Positions 1-10,097 of a DNA stretch of 64,000 nt are shown piece by piece (within the stretch, counting starts at the first letter, position 1; the number at the start of each line of letters is the position of its first letter). Below the pieces are notes generated by a model, which saw only the letters and a list, made by a program, of their open reading frames with translations, had not been told where the DNA came from and made no database searches. This stretch comes from Escherichia phage JM10, in the sequence record PP400777. One strand, written 5' to 3'. Both the position numbers and the translations under genes were made by a program.

Positions 1-47
1 TATATAATCCATGCTTAAAAAGCATTCGTTTTATATTCATAATTTCC

Positions 48-368
48 TCAACTGTAACGATAACATTCGTTAGCTTTACGTTTGGCTTCAGTATGAGAAG
101 TATTATAATCATAATCTTCTTTACTGTAAACATCTTTTTTCAACTTACGAACTTCTTTGCGGAGTTGTCGATTCATTTCGTTCTTGACTTCAGAATCAAC
201 GCCTTTCATACGTTTCCATTTATCTGAGCGGAAAATGTTTTCAACCATGTCTTTGTGGCTAACACCGTCAGGAGCTTTACGTTTACCAAAATAGTCATAA
301 TCACGAACTTTCAAATCTTTACGACGATACGTTTTACCCATAAGTACCTCAGAGGTTGATTGATACAA
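48..368 (-). CDS. hypothetical small basic protein
   Basis: 106-aa ORF, K/R-rich, co-oriented with the early gene block. Confidence 0.4.
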   Translation of the reverse strand: MYQSTSEVLMGKTYRRKDLKVRDYDYFGKRKAPDGVSHKDMVENIFRSDKWKRMKGVDSEVKNEMNRQLRKEVRKLKKDVYSKEDYDYNTSHTEAKRKANECYRYS

Positions 369-597
369 CGCGTTTGATAAAATTCACTTCACTTACTGAA
401 AGGTCTTTAAGACCGATTGATTCTAAACGCTGAATAAAAGTCAACATTGGGATATAGTCCCAATGTGTTTTAGACGTTTGATAAGTACGGACGCCATTAG
501 CAATTTCAACGTTCAAATCGGAAATGGTAACGAATACCGGTCGCTCATCATTAACTTTAAGGGTTAGAACAACTTTCTTTGAATCTAAACTAATCAT
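349..597 (-). CDS. hypothetical protein
   Basis: 82-aa ORF in the early-strand gene array. Confidence 0.4.
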   Translation of the reverse strand: MISLDSKKVVLTLKVNDERPVFVTISDLNVEIANGVRTYQTSKTHWDYIPMLTFIQRLESIGLKDLSVSEVNFIKRVVSINL

Positions 598-896
598 GGC
601 TTAATTTCCTTCGCAATTGAACAGAAGATACCACGGTCACAAAGCATTTCACCAATTTCTGGATATTTGATTGAACGGTACCAAACATCCAGGCTTGAAA
701 CTCTGGTTATCTGTACTGCATTACCGTTGACAGAATAGTACTGGTCAACCTTAATTTCTTTATCTTCAATTGTCATTTTATTTTCCTCTATAGTAGATGG
801 TTTAATCTTAACACATCTATTGAGGATGTAAACTGTTTTATGAAAATATTTTTGTTTTGAGAGGGGCACAAGGAGATAGTGAAGTGAAGATTCCAA
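594..896 (-). CDS. hypothetical protein (true start may be internal Met near 776)
   Basis: 100-aa ORF; internal MTIEDKEIK start is plausible. Confidence 0.3.
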   Translation of the reverse strand: MESSLHYLLVPLSKQKYFHKTVYILNRCVKIKPSTIEENKMTIEDKEIKVDQYYSVNGNAVQITRVSSLDVWYRSIKYPEIGEMLCDRGIFCSIAKEIKP

Positions 897-941
897 TGGA
901 TTATATTAGAAATGAGATAAAGAAGACCAGGCGGCACCTGG

Positions 942-1250
942 TCAATCTTCTATGATATCAGAGTCATATCCTAATGAAATCAAGGACTTTTTAAACTCTG
1001 CAATATTCTTTTGTTTCTTATCATTTAAAAATATGACAGGATAACGAATATTAAGTGAAGTGAATCCTGCACGTTTAGCAAGAGATACGATTAAAGGACG
1101 GTCATATTCAATCTTACCATTATTAGTGAGGACTTTATAAAATGTATAAGGAGCATTGAGTTCCTTTAAAAGTTTTGTAACAGTATAACATCCTGGACAA
1201 CGTCCAACTTCTTCAGGGATGCCATAAATTTCAATCTTGTTGTGTTCCAC
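942..1250 (-). CDS. nrdH: NrdH-like glutaredoxin/thioredoxin-fold protein
   Basis: CPGC redox motif near N-terminus; lies downstream of nrdG as in T4. Confidence 0.6.
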   Translation of the reverse strand: MEHNKIEIYGIPEEVGRCPGCYTVTKLLKELNAPYTFYKVLTNNGKIEYDRPLIVSLAKRAGFTSLNIRYPVIFLNDKKQKNIAEFKKSLISLGYDSDIIED

Positions 1251-1252
1251 AA

Positions 1253-1465
1253 TTATTCCTTGCCAAGAACAGAATTCAGTTTATTAGTAATTTTGTCCAA
1301 ACGTTCATTGAATTCGCTGGAGGATAAACCCTTTTCCGGAGAAATTAAACTAATCATGAAAAATACAACAGTAAAAGGAATAAGAAAAATAGCTCCAACT
1401 GCCATAAACAAAAAGAACGTTACAGTTGTAAGAAAATCAGCTAAACCTTTACGAAATTTATACAT
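1253..1465 (-). CDS. small membrane protein
   Basis: 70 aa, mostly hydrophobic. Confidence 0.35.
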   Translation of the reverse strand: MYKFRKGLADFLTTVTFFLFMAVGAIFLIPFTVVFFMISLISPEKGLSSSEFNERLDKITNKLNSVLGKE

Positions 1466-1575
1466 ATTTACCCTTAATTAACTAAGCATTGATAAGCACT
1501 AAACTATATTGCGAATAAAATTCTGGACCAAAACGAAAAATCATATCATTTATAGTATCCATAATGTAATTCAAT

Positions 1576-2046
1576 TTAATCATGTTTCCACACCCCATCA
1601 GTATTTGACCAAAGTCGCTGATTATCTGATCCTCGCCACAGCTTTTTAGTCGGAAGATTTTTCTCATACTTCCCATCAATAATAACATCAACATATTTAA
1701 GCATTTCTAGTTGTTTAATATCTTCAAACTTATATCCTGTCCACAACCAAATGCTTTTATTTGGATAAAGATTTTTAATAGTTTGAACCACAGAGTGAAT
1801 CACATCTCTGTTATCAGGATAGAGAGGGTCACCTCCGGTTATAGTCAATCCTTCTATATAATCATTATTCAAACATTCAATTAATTGTTCTAGTGTTTCA
1901 CCAGTGAATGGAATACCATTTCTAGCATTCCATGTTGATTTATTATAACACCCTTCGCATTTATGCAAACAACCTGTGACGAAAAGAACGACCCTGCAAC
2001 CAGGGCCATTCACAAAATCGCAAGGATAAAATCTATCATAATTCAT
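1576..2046 (-). CDS. nrdG: anaerobic ribonucleotide reductase activating protein (radical SAM)
   Basis: 156 aa; Cys cluster CLHKCEGCYNK; immediately downstream of nrdD. Confidence 0.9.
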   Translation of the reverse strand: MNYDRFYPCDFVNGPGCRVVLFVTGCLHKCEGCYNKSTWNARNGIPFTGETLEQLIECLNNDYIEGLTITGGDPLYPDNRDVIHSVVQTIKNLYPNKSIWLWTGYKFEDIKQLEMLKYVDVIIDGKYEKNLPTKKLWRGSDNQRLWSNTDGVWKHD

Positions 2047-3322
2047 TGGTGTTTAACCCTATGCATGATTTCTTTATTTTTACCAAGATTAAATCCGCGT
2101 TCGTTCGGATTTCCCAAATAACCGCATGTTCTTCTTATGGTGTTCATCTTTTTAGGATCACTTTCTCCACAAACTGAACAAACAAATCCGTTTTCAGTAG
2201 GAGTCATTTCATGGGTACTTCCACATGTAAAACATTTATCTACTGGCATATTAACACCAAAATAATCTAAATGTTGTGCAGCATAATCCCAGACAGCCTC
2301 AAGTCCCTTTAAATTGTTTTTCATATCTGGAAGTTCAACATAAGAAATGTGACCACCTGTCGCAATGAAATGATATGGCGCTTCACGAGAAATCTTTTCA
2401 AACGGAGTAATATTTTCTTCTACTGAAACATGGAAACTGTTAGTGTACCAGCCTTTATCGGTGACATCCTTTACACTTCCATATTTTTCTGTATCAAGTT
2501 TACAGAAGCGATAACAAAGGTTTTCAGCAGGAGTAGAATATAAACTAAAAGCAAATCCAGTTCTTTCAGACCACTGTTTAAGATGAGCATTCATTTTAGT
2601 TAAAATTTCTTGTCCAATATCACGACCGACAAGAATATTCAATTCGTGAATACCGATGTATCCCAAAGACACTGAACTTCTACCGTTTTTAAATAACTCA
2701 ATTATGTCGTCATCAGGTTTAAGACGAACCCCGAATGCACCTTCTTGGTAAAGAATAGGAGCTACAGTTGCTTTAACACCCTTTAAAGAACTAATTCTAC
2801 ACATCAAGGCTTCAAAACACAGATCCATTCGTTCATTAAATAGCTCAACAAATTTCTGTTCATTGAACTGTGTTCCAATATAAGAATCTAACGCAATACG
2901 AGGAAGATTCAATGTTACAACACCAAGATTATTACGTCCGTCAAGAATTTCATTTCCAGTTGAATCTTTCCATACACTCAAGAAACTACGACAGCCCATT
3001 GGAGAAACTGGAACTGAAGAACCAGTAATAGCTTTATTATTCTTAGCTGAAATAATATCAGGATACATCCTTTTGCTTGCGCACTCTAAAGCAAGTTGCT
3101 TAATGTCGTAATTCGGATCGTCTTTATAAAGATTAACGCCTTCTTCAACGAACATAACAAGCTTAGGGAAAATAGGAGTTATCCCATCACGTCCAAGACC
3201 TTTAATACGATTTTTCAGAATTGCTTTCTGAATCATTCGTTCGGTCCAGTCAGTTCCCGTACCAAATGTAATTGTTACAAAAGGAGTCTGTCCGTTTGAA
3301 CTGAAAAGTGTATTTACTTCAT
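2043..3322 (-). CDS. nrdD: anaerobic ribonucleoside-triphosphate reductase, exon 2
   Basis: C-terminal glycyl-radical region; joined to exon 1 gives a 605-aa product; 3' splice site inferred after an intron-terminal G. Confidence 0.8.
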
Positions 3323-3348
3323 CATTATATTCAGCATGAGTCGCAAAT

Positions 3349-4119
3349 TCATGCCCGTTTATATGAAACAACAAAATTTGGATAGTCCATAGATATGCAA
3401 CGTTCTTTTATAGTGCTAGGATGAAAATTTAGCGCTTTAGCTGCTTCTATATAAGACGTATACTTAATACCGTCAACAACCACATATTCAGGAACTTTAT
3501 GAATAGTAGTCTTAATACTCAAAACAAGAGGATGAGTTTCGACTTCACTTTCAGTGCAATTTAAATATTCCGCTGCTTTTTTAAAACTTCTAAAAGTTTT
3601 ATTTTTAAGCTTTATCGATACTTGTTTTTTACTTTTTCGACTATTGATATTATTTTGCACATGTTCCTTAGATCTTCCGTTTTTAGCATAATATTCAGCT
3701 ACAGAAGATTTTATATTGTTTTTATGAGATTCGGATAACACTTTACCCTTATGAGCATCTCTTAATTTTTGAATATGTTCTTCAGTATCCGGATGCTTAT
3801 AAAACTTTTTACCGCCTATGGATTTATTTAAACATTTTTTGCTATAAAAATATTTACGTATGACCTCTTCTTCATGTTTTAATGCATCTTTATAACTATC
3901 AAATGTTTTTAAAATTATCCATTTAGTAGGTGTATCAGTTTTTAAGCGTTCATTTATATACTTAGATGACGTTGTGTAAGTTTTCCAGTTTGTGGGCTTG
4001 TTTTTAATTGTTCTAAATTTTTTATAACCGATATAAATGTCGCCATTAGAAAACTTAACTAAGTATGTAAATGCGTCTTTATCTTTTATTTTAGTACAAC
4101 GTCTTTTTATCCATTTCAT
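3349..4119 (-). CDS. intron-encoded GIY-YIG homing endonuclease (I-TevII-like)
   Basis: 256 aa; N-terminal TYL..(x8)..IYIG module; C-terminal NUMOD-like DNA-binding repeats; lies inside the nrdD intron. Confidence 0.65.
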   Translation of the reverse strand: MKWIKRRCTKIKDKDAFTYLVKFSNGDIYIGYKKFRTIKNKPTNWKTYTTSSKYINERLKTDTPTKWIILKTFDSYKDALKHEEEVIRKYFYSKKCLNKSIGGKKFYKHPDTEEHIQKLRDAHKGKVLSESHKNNIKSSVAEYYAKNGRSKEHVQNNINSRKSKKQVSIKLKNKTFRSFKKAAEYLNCTESEVETHPLVLSIKTTIHKVPEYVVVDGIKYTSYIEAAKALNFHPSTIKERCISMDYPNFVVSYKRA

Positions 4120-4148
4120 TGTTTCACCTCGTATTCATAAGATAATCT

Positions 4149-4156
4149 TATTTATA
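4149..4156 (-). promoter_or_regulatory. T4 late promoter TATAAATA inside the intron, upstream of the endonuclease ORF
   Basis: exact TATAAATA on minus strand about 30 nt upstream of the ORF start. Confidence 0.5.
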
Positions 4157-4367
4157 CAAGATGACTGCTGCATGTCGCCATGCAGATTAGACTATATCTT
4201 CATCTTTCGATGCCGGCCGTTTCGAATAGCATTAGCTTCTATTCTACACCGCTACATTCATCACGGTTAGTCGTTAGGCATTTAGTTCAAAAGAACATTT
4301 AGCACGGGATTGTCTACTAGAGAGGTTCCCCGTTTAGACCGGTTTTACATGAGCCTGAATTAAATTA

Positions 4368-4905
4368 ACTCATACGCCTGGAATGCATCGTATACATCTT
4401 TTTCTGTTTTAGATTGAGCATAATTCAACGCATCAGCGATTTGCCATTTTTCTGCATCCTCAATATGTTTTGCATAGGTGCGTTTAACATAAGGAGAAAG
4501 AACTTTATCTACATTCGCAAATGTAGTTCCGCCATACTGGTGTGAAGCAACTTGTGCGGTAATTTGTGCCATAATTGCAGTAGCAACACCAATAGATTTA
4601 GGCGTTTCAATTTGAGCATTGCCTAATTTAAATCCATTCTCAAGCATCCCCTTTAAATCGACTAAACAGCAATTGGTAAACGGAAGAGCAGGAGAATAAT
4701 CAATATCATGCATGTGAATGATTCCACTTTCATGCGCATTCATAATAAAAGACGGGACCATATTTTTGGCAATGTGCTTAGACACAATACCAGCCATAAG
4801 GTCCCGTTGAGTTGGAAAAACACGAGAATCTTTATTAGCATTCTCGTTTAAAAGATCTTTATTAGTTTTATGAATCAGTCCTTCAATTTCTTTTTCAATT
4901 TTCAT
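4368..4905 (-). CDS. nrdD: anaerobic ribonucleoside-triphosphate reductase, exon 1
   Basis: N-terminal NrdD sequence; frame stops just inside the intron. Confidence 0.8.
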
Positions 4906-5375
4906 TTTAAACTCTTTCTAAGCTGCTTTTTGAATGAAGCTATTAATTGTGTTTTAGTATCAGATTCATTATATTCAAATCCTCTTTGAAGCATCTCAGC
5001 CATCATTTCCTCTTTACCTAGTCTTGAGAACTCTTTAGTTTTGTCTGGAACAAAATTAGGATGGATATTATTATCAGAATAATCTTGTTTCAAATAAGCA
5101 AGAAGAGCTTCAAGCCATTCGAGGTAGTCAACATCACGTCCTTTAAGACCGGAACGGTTGAACTTATGCTTCATTTGACCTTCTGCTGCGTTGCACAGAT
5201 TACAGAGTAATCCACGAACTCTACCGGCTTTTGGCCCGTTTAATTCGTGGTCGTGGTCAAGATGGTTACCTTGAACATCAGGGTCTAATTCACGGTGGCA
5301 AATAGGACACTTACCGTTCTGTGCATCATAAAATTTTTGTTTTTCTTCTTTATATTTTGCGCCTGATAATAACAT
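4902..5375 (-). CDS. 49: endonuclease VII (Holliday junction resolvase)
   Basis: 157 aa; near-identical to my recall of T4 gp49 (CPICHREL..HDHELNGPKAG..LCNLCN). Confidence 0.9.
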   Translation of the reverse strand: MLLSGAKYKEEKQKFYDAQNGKCPICHRELDPDVQGNHLDHDHELNGPKAGRVRGLLCNLCNAAEGQMKHKFNRSGLKGRDVDYLEWLEALLAYLKQDYSDNNIHPNFVPDKTKEFSRLGKEEMMAEMLQRGFEYNESDTKTQLIASFKKQLRKSLK

Positions 5376-5414
5376 GATAAACCCTTACCTTAAATAGATA
5401 AGGGTATTTATAAT

Positions 5415-5612
5415 TTAGTAAACGTTATAAAAGTTACGATGAGAACGTTTAGCTTTGCGAAGCTGACGTTTAGTAGGACGAACTGTAAATGGTTGTCCAG
5501 AGAAAAAATTCGGATCGGTTTTAATAAGCAAATACCAATCATGCTTGCCATTTTTTAATAAACGGTACAATAATTTAACTTGCATAATAATCTCTTCCCA
5601 TTTCCATGTCAA
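5415..5612 (-). CDS. hypothetical small protein
   Basis: 65-aa ORF. Confidence 0.3.
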   Translation of the reverse strand: MTWKWEEIIMQVKLLYRLLKNGKHDWYLLIKTDPNFFSGQPFTVRPTKRQLRKAKRSHRNFYNVY

Positions 5613-5713
5613 TTAATTCATTTATTGAAGGCTCATCATAACATGTTTCTTCGTCGTTGTAAACTGTTTCGACGTCTGGCTCGACAGTCTCCCATCGAGC
5701 CGAATACCACGGT

Positions 5714-6049
5714 TTAACCGCGGAGTTTATTGAGCTCTTCATAATCAATCCAGGATTCTAGTCCGGATGGCAAAGCTGATTCAATGTTCCACAGAAGCTC
5801 TTCGATGGCTTGTAGGCGATTATATTCTTCAACAGTAATAGTAACCATTGTTTCAGGCTTTTTAACCAACATGTCATTCATCAGAATATACAGGTCTTCA
5901 CAAACAGCCGGGTCGTCCCATGTCCATATTTCAGCATCTCGAACCAATGAAGTCGGAATCGAATTTAAAACTTCAAGCTTAGTAGGAGCGTCAGGGCCAA
6001 GAAGAGTTGCTACAAATTTATATGCTTTGGCGAAATCAATATTGTTCAT
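5714..6049 (-). CDS. hypothetical protein
   Basis: 111-aa acidic ORF upstream of gene 49. Confidence 0.45.
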   Translation of the reverse strand: MNNIDFAKAYKFVATLLGPDAPTKLEVLNSIPTSLVRDAEIWTWDDPAVCEDLYILMNDMLVKKPETMVTITVEEYNRLQAIEELLWNIESALPSGLESWIDYEELNKLRG

Positions 6050-6309
6050 TTAAAATATTCTCGCAGTTGGTCAAATCCACCAATATGACTTCCGTCAGGA
6101 GCAAACACTTGAGGCATAGTCAATCCGACTTGTGATTCACGCCCAAGCTTAACCAGAAGCTCAGCAATTTTCTCATCATCGAACACACCTTTTTCTGGCA
6201 TAACATTAATGAATTCGAACGGCTGTTTCTTAACAGCCAGCAATCGTTTCGCATTATCACAATAAATGCATTTATGAATAGTAGAGTCATAACCGTACAC
6301 TTTAAACAT
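6046..6309 (-). CDS. nrdC: glutaredoxin (phage thioredoxin)
   Basis: 87 aa from MFKVYGY; CIYC redox motif; matches my recall of T4 NrdC. Confidence 0.85.
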   Translation of the reverse strand: MFKVYGYDSTIHKCIYCDNAKRLLAVKKQPFEFINVMPEKGVFDDEKIAELLVKLGRESQVGLTMPQVFAPDGSHIGGFDQLREYFK

Positions 6310-6715
6310 TATTTTTCCTTTCATCGATTAAATATGCAACACCAAATACAATACATGTAATAAAACCTGTGATACCGATAGAGAACATCAACACTGTACC
6401 AAAGAACCAAATCAGGTTATCTTTAGTAGTTTGTTTGATATCCATCTCACGAATTTCTATAGCTATCGTATCACCTTTATTCAGAAGCGTATAAAATGAT
6501 GGAGATACATGCCTGTCAAAAACTCGTCCTTGTTCATCTTTATAAACTGCAATAAATTCTAATTTAGAATATTTTCCTGTAGATTGTCCTGAGATTAGCT
6601 CTACTACCTCCACAGGAATTACTTTAGTTTCCATATAAGTATTCTGGCTGTTCCAAATGAATGGAATAATGGCAAAAACTAAAGCTGCGATAAAACAACG
6701 AAGGCTATATCTCAT
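6302..6715 (-). CDS. membrane protein
   Basis: 137 aa; hydrophobic N- and C-terminal segments. Confidence 0.4.
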   Translation of the reverse strand: MRYSLRCFIAALVFAIIPFIWNSQNTYMETKVIPVEVVELISGQSTGKYSKLEFIAVYKDEQGRVFDRHVSPSFYTLLNKGDTIAIEIREMDIKQTTKDNLIWFFGTVLMFSIGITGFITCIVFGVAYLIDERKNNV

Positions 6716-7020
6716 TATAATGTTCTCTCAAATTTGTGGAAGCATTTACGACATTTCAATTTCAAGTTATCAGTGGTCCAGTTAACCAGTTGGACTTGGA
6801 TAGTTCCACATTCCGGACATGGGTGTTTTGCTGCCGATTTGGCAGCATTTTCACGTCGTTCAACCATTTTCATTATTTCGTCCCATGCCGGAGGAACGAA
6901 CTCTTCTTCACCGTGGATTTTATTTCTCTGAACAAATTCAATCTTTGAACTATCGTCAATAAACTTAACCAAGCGGTGACTAGTGTTCATATCAATATCC
7001 TCTAAAAGACGTAGGTTCAT
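6715..7020 (-). CDS. zinc-ribbon protein
   Basis: CPEC...CRKC pairs near C-terminus. Confidence 0.4.
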   Translation of the reverse strand: MNLRLLEDIDMNTSHRLVKFIDDSSKIEFVQRNKIHGEEEFVPPAWDEIMKMVERRENAAKSAAKHPCPECGTIQVQLVNWTTDNLKLKCRKCFHKFERTL

Positions 7021-7970
7021 TATAACACCTCAATGGCATTTCGTAAACCATCCGCTTTCGCATTCAGAGCTTTTAACGATTTAGTCTGTTCTTTAATCTG
7101 AGCTTCGACTTCTTTCAGACGAGATTTGAGATATTCGCGTTCTTCTCTTAAGTTATCAACTTTTTCTGCTTTAGGCTCTTTAATAGGCTTAGGTTTATAC
7201 GTATTAGGGTTCTTCAGCTTAATTTGAATACGAGAACTGAATAACATTGAACCGTTATCTTCGGATTCGTCGAACGTTTCAACAACATCCATAGTCTCTA
7301 ACAATGTAATAAGTTTATAAGACAACGAACGAACGGTTTTGTTATGCTTATTAATTTCTTCGGCTTTCATGGTACCGAGATTACGTGAGTAGTAATAAGG
7401 AACCTGGATATCAATTGACAATGATGCGTTACCATTACCAGTTGGTTTGAATACTGCAGTAACCCAATCTTTAACATGAACTTTATTTGTACGACCATCA
7501 CCGCCTGTGAATAATTTACGAGAATGTTTAAAAAGCATATTCACTTGGTTATTGAATTCACAAGCAAATTTATCAGCAAATTTAGTTTCAGGAATGGTAG
7601 AGAACCAATCAGCCAAATGAGCCTTTTTAACATCATTAACAATAGTGAATTCAACCAAATCGGTTTTAGATGTCACAGATTTAATAAAGCTCGGCTTCAT
7701 AAAGTTTTTGATGTTATCACGAGCTACAGTAGAAGATAATAAACGAGAACGTTTGAACCATTGAAGCAGTGTCCCTAATGAATGAGAATATGCATTCTGA
7801 GTATCTTTACAGATATGATTTTCTTGGCCTGTGTATGTACCAAAATCGCGAAGAATACCACTTACTACATCTCGGTGTGGAACATCAAATCCTAGTGCAC
7901 CAGAAGCGCGCTGAGCATGAACGTTAGCGATAAGACCGGCAAAGTATTCAATGTAATGTGAACGTGTCAT
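7020..7970 (-). CDS. hypothetical protein with C-terminal coiled coil
   Basis: 316 aa; K/E-rich heptad-like C-terminus. Confidence 0.45.
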   Translation of the reverse strand: MTRSHYIEYFAGLIANVHAQRASGALGFDVPHRDVVSGILRDFGTYTGQENHICKDTQNAYSHSLGTLLQWFKRSRLLSSTVARDNIKNFMKPSFIKSVTSKTDLVEFTIVNDVKKAHLADWFSTIPETKFADKFACEFNNQVNMLFKHSRKLFTGGDGRTNKVHVKDWVTAVFKPTGNGNASLSIDIQVPYYYSRNLGTMKAEEINKHNKTVRSLSYKLITLLETMDVVETFDESEDNGSMLFSSRIQIKLKNPNTYKPKPIKEPKAEKVDNLREEREYLKSRLKEVEAQIKEQTKSLKALNAKADGLRNAIEVL

Positions 7971-8027
7971 AATATTTTCCTCTCGTTAAGATAGAAAGAT
8001 TATACTCCAACCATCCTTGGTTGTACA

Positions 8028-9023
8028 TCATTCCTTAAGAAGTTTTACTACCTGAATAAGATTAGCTCGTTCTGTTTTATTTTTACCATTTAAGCCTGCT
8101 AATCGTGAGATTTCATAGTCAGTCTGTTGAATAGTTACATTAAGTTCGTTAATCAAAGCTTCAAAGTATTTGATTTGCTCAGCATGTTTTGATTCAAATT
8201 TCTGAACCGGAATAACGTCTTGGTTCAGTTCATCAATAAGGTCTTTAAGAGCATCTTCTTGGTTGATATCATATTCAACTTCTTTTATTTCTTCAGCGAG
8301 CTCGTCTTTATATCTAACGTCTTTTAGTCCTGGTGCTGGTCCTGAAATCTCTTCTTTAAGAGTACAAACATATCCAATACGGTATCCAATGCCGTCTCGC
8401 TTGATATCAACTTCGTCGATAAATCCACAATGTTTAAGACCGGAGCCGATTAGGTCAAAATATCCTTGACGTCGTCCTTCAAACGTTACACGAACTACTA
8501 AAACGGTTTTACCTGCAACCTTTTGAAGCTCGCATTTATAAAAGTCTGTTGAACCTGAATAACGCGGATGAGTTTTAAAGTTCATCTGACGATCTAGACC
8601 CATTTGTAAGCGTGCTGATACAGCCAGAAAACGTGTTTGGTTCTCGTTAAGATGAGCAACAATCCATTTCAAAGGCATTTTACCCTGTTCACGACCGAAC
8701 AAATCAGTACGTCCTAAATTACGCAGGATATTGTTAGAGTTAATCATCGACAGAATGTTAAGTTTATTCAGCGCGCTGAAGATTCCATCGGCCATTGATT
8801 TTCCGTAACCTTTACACGCTTTAATAAGTGCTCGCGGTAGATTAGTATAGATTTCAGGCGGCATATGAAAATCAAATTTACTAACCAGTAATTGATGAAC
8901 TTGGATAGCAATTTGTTCATAATTAAGTGCTCTGCGATCGTTATGGTCTTTAAACCACACTTTAATCTGTGAAGCACATAAACCGTTAATTTCATGTTTT
9001 ACCGCATCAGATGTAATGCTCAT
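8028..9023 (-). CDS. hypothetical protein
   Basis: 331-aa ORF. Confidence 0.45.
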   Translation of the reverse strand: MSITSDAVKHEINGLCASQIKVWFKDHNDRRALNYEQIAIQVHQLLVSKFDFHMPPEIYTNLPRALIKACKGYGKSMADGIFSALNKLNILSMINSNNILRNLGRTDLFGREQGKMPLKWIVAHLNENQTRFLAVSARLQMGLDRQMNFKTHPRYSGSTDFYKCELQKVAGKTVLVVRVTFEGRRQGYFDLIGSGLKHCGFIDEVDIKRDGIGYRIGYVCTLKEEISGPAPGLKDVRYKDELAEEIKEVEYDINQEDALKDLIDELNQDVIPVQKFESKHAEQIKYFEALINELNVTIQQTDYEISRLAGLNGKNKTERANLIQVVKLLKE

Positions 9024-9085
9024 AACTATTTCCTCAGATTGAATTGGAACTCAAAACCATTATAACCCGTCCTTGGGTAAAGCGT

Positions 9086-9613
9086 TTATGCGTGAACCGT
9101 CTTTAAACGTTCTTCAAATTTCCGAAGAGTACTAATACGTTCTGCTTTCTGTTTTGTATAGTTTGCAATACGTTCTGAAGTGAGAGCGTATCGTTCGTTT
9201 ACTGTTTCTTTCATGAAGTCAGGGATTTCACGAGAAGCTTTAATTTCATCAAACTTATCGAGTACTGCCTGGTCTTCAGCGATTAAATTTTCGTACATCT
9301 CGATATCTTTCTTGATAAACTCGATATCTTCCTGGGTTACTTTGGATAAATGAGATGCTTTATCCTTTTTGTACTGCTCGTTAGTTTCACGAGACCAGAA
9401 TAATGTACGTTTTTTGTTAGTGTTTTTGTAGACTTCCACAATTCCAACCGAATCGATGATAACAATCCAATTCCAGCGAGATTTGAAAATCTGACCTCCG
9501 TCCACGGTAATCTCGTTACCATAAGCAACGTCATTAAAGAACTTGCTTTGTGCTTCAGATTTAAATTTACCGTCGTTATAATTTACCAGGTTGAAAATAT
9601 CTTTAGCGTTCAT
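9086..9613 (-). CDS. hypothetical protein
   Basis: 175-aa ORF downstream of an early promoter. Confidence 0.45.
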   Translation of the reverse strand: MNAKDIFNLVNYNDGKFKSEAQSKFFNDVAYGNEITVDGGQIFKSRWNWIVIIDSVGIVEVYKNTNKKRTLFWSRETNEQYKKDKASHLSKVTQEDIEFIKKDIEMYENLIAEDQAVLDKFDEIKASREIPDFMKETVNERYALTSERIANYTKQKAERISTLRKFEERLKTVHA

Positions 9614-9640
9614 GTTTTACCTCCAGTAGTTGATAGGTCT

Positions 9641-9669
9641 ATAATAACATAACCGTAGACCTTGTAAAC
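9641..9669 (-). promoter_or_regulatory. T4-type early promoter (GTTTAC -35, 17-nt spacer, TGtTATTAT -10)
   Basis: minus-strand read GTTTACaaggtctacggttatgtTATTAT. Confidence 0.5.
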
Positions 9670-9671
9670 AA

Positions 9672-9959
9672 CTAAAAGAAACTTTTTTCGGTATTTTTTC
9701 CACTGAACCAAACAGACTTCGGGATTTTTTGTAATTTTTCAGATTTAAGTTTCTCTTCCTGTTCTTTCTTATATACACCCTTGTCGTACTGGAGCATCTC
9801 TATGGCATTCTTTTGCAAACGATCTAAGGTAATTAAGGCTTTAGTTTTTCCTTTCAAGGAAGAGTCCTGGCGAACCTCCTCACTATATTGCATCGTAGAA
9901 CTAACCATACGATGAGCATAGAGTTCGACTGCGGCTTTAATTTTTTGCATAAAATCCAT
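9672..9959 (-). CDS. hypothetical protein
   Basis: 95-aa ORF. Confidence 0.4.
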   Translation of the reverse strand: MDFMQKIKAAVELYAHRMVSSTMQYSEEVRQDSSLKGKTKALITLDRLQKNAIEMLQYDKGVYKKEQEEKLKSEKLQKIPKSVWFSGKNTEKSFF

Positions 9960-10097
9960 AACATATCCTCTTTGATTTGTACATCATTATTTTTAAATAT
10001 TTCTATGCCCTCAGTAGGTTCCTGGTGTCCTTCTTTGAGGTAAGCCATATGATTATTCATCTTTATGGCTTTTGTTACCTCAGAACTTCCTATAAGC

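Larger units (their letters stand above)
3323..4367 (-). mobile_element. group I self-splicing intron in nrdD (T4 sunY/nrdD-type) carrying a homing endonuclease gene
   Basis: nrdD frame is interrupted; exon 1 ends in U; intron ends in G; splicing restores ..QAYE-Y-EVNTLF.. and 605 aa; about 240 nt structured non-coding core at 4120-4367. Confidence 0.75.

Noticed and set aside
1482-1694. 70-aa minus-strand ORF overlapping the nrdG C-terminus
   Set aside because: Alternative frame fully inside nrdG; nrdG is the conserved reading frame.
3349-4119. Calling the intron ORF an HNH endonuclease
   Set aside because: No HNH or zinc-binding His/Cys signature seen; the N-terminus fits a GIY-YIG module and the nrdD intron of T4 is recalled to carry the GIY-YIG enzyme I-TevII.
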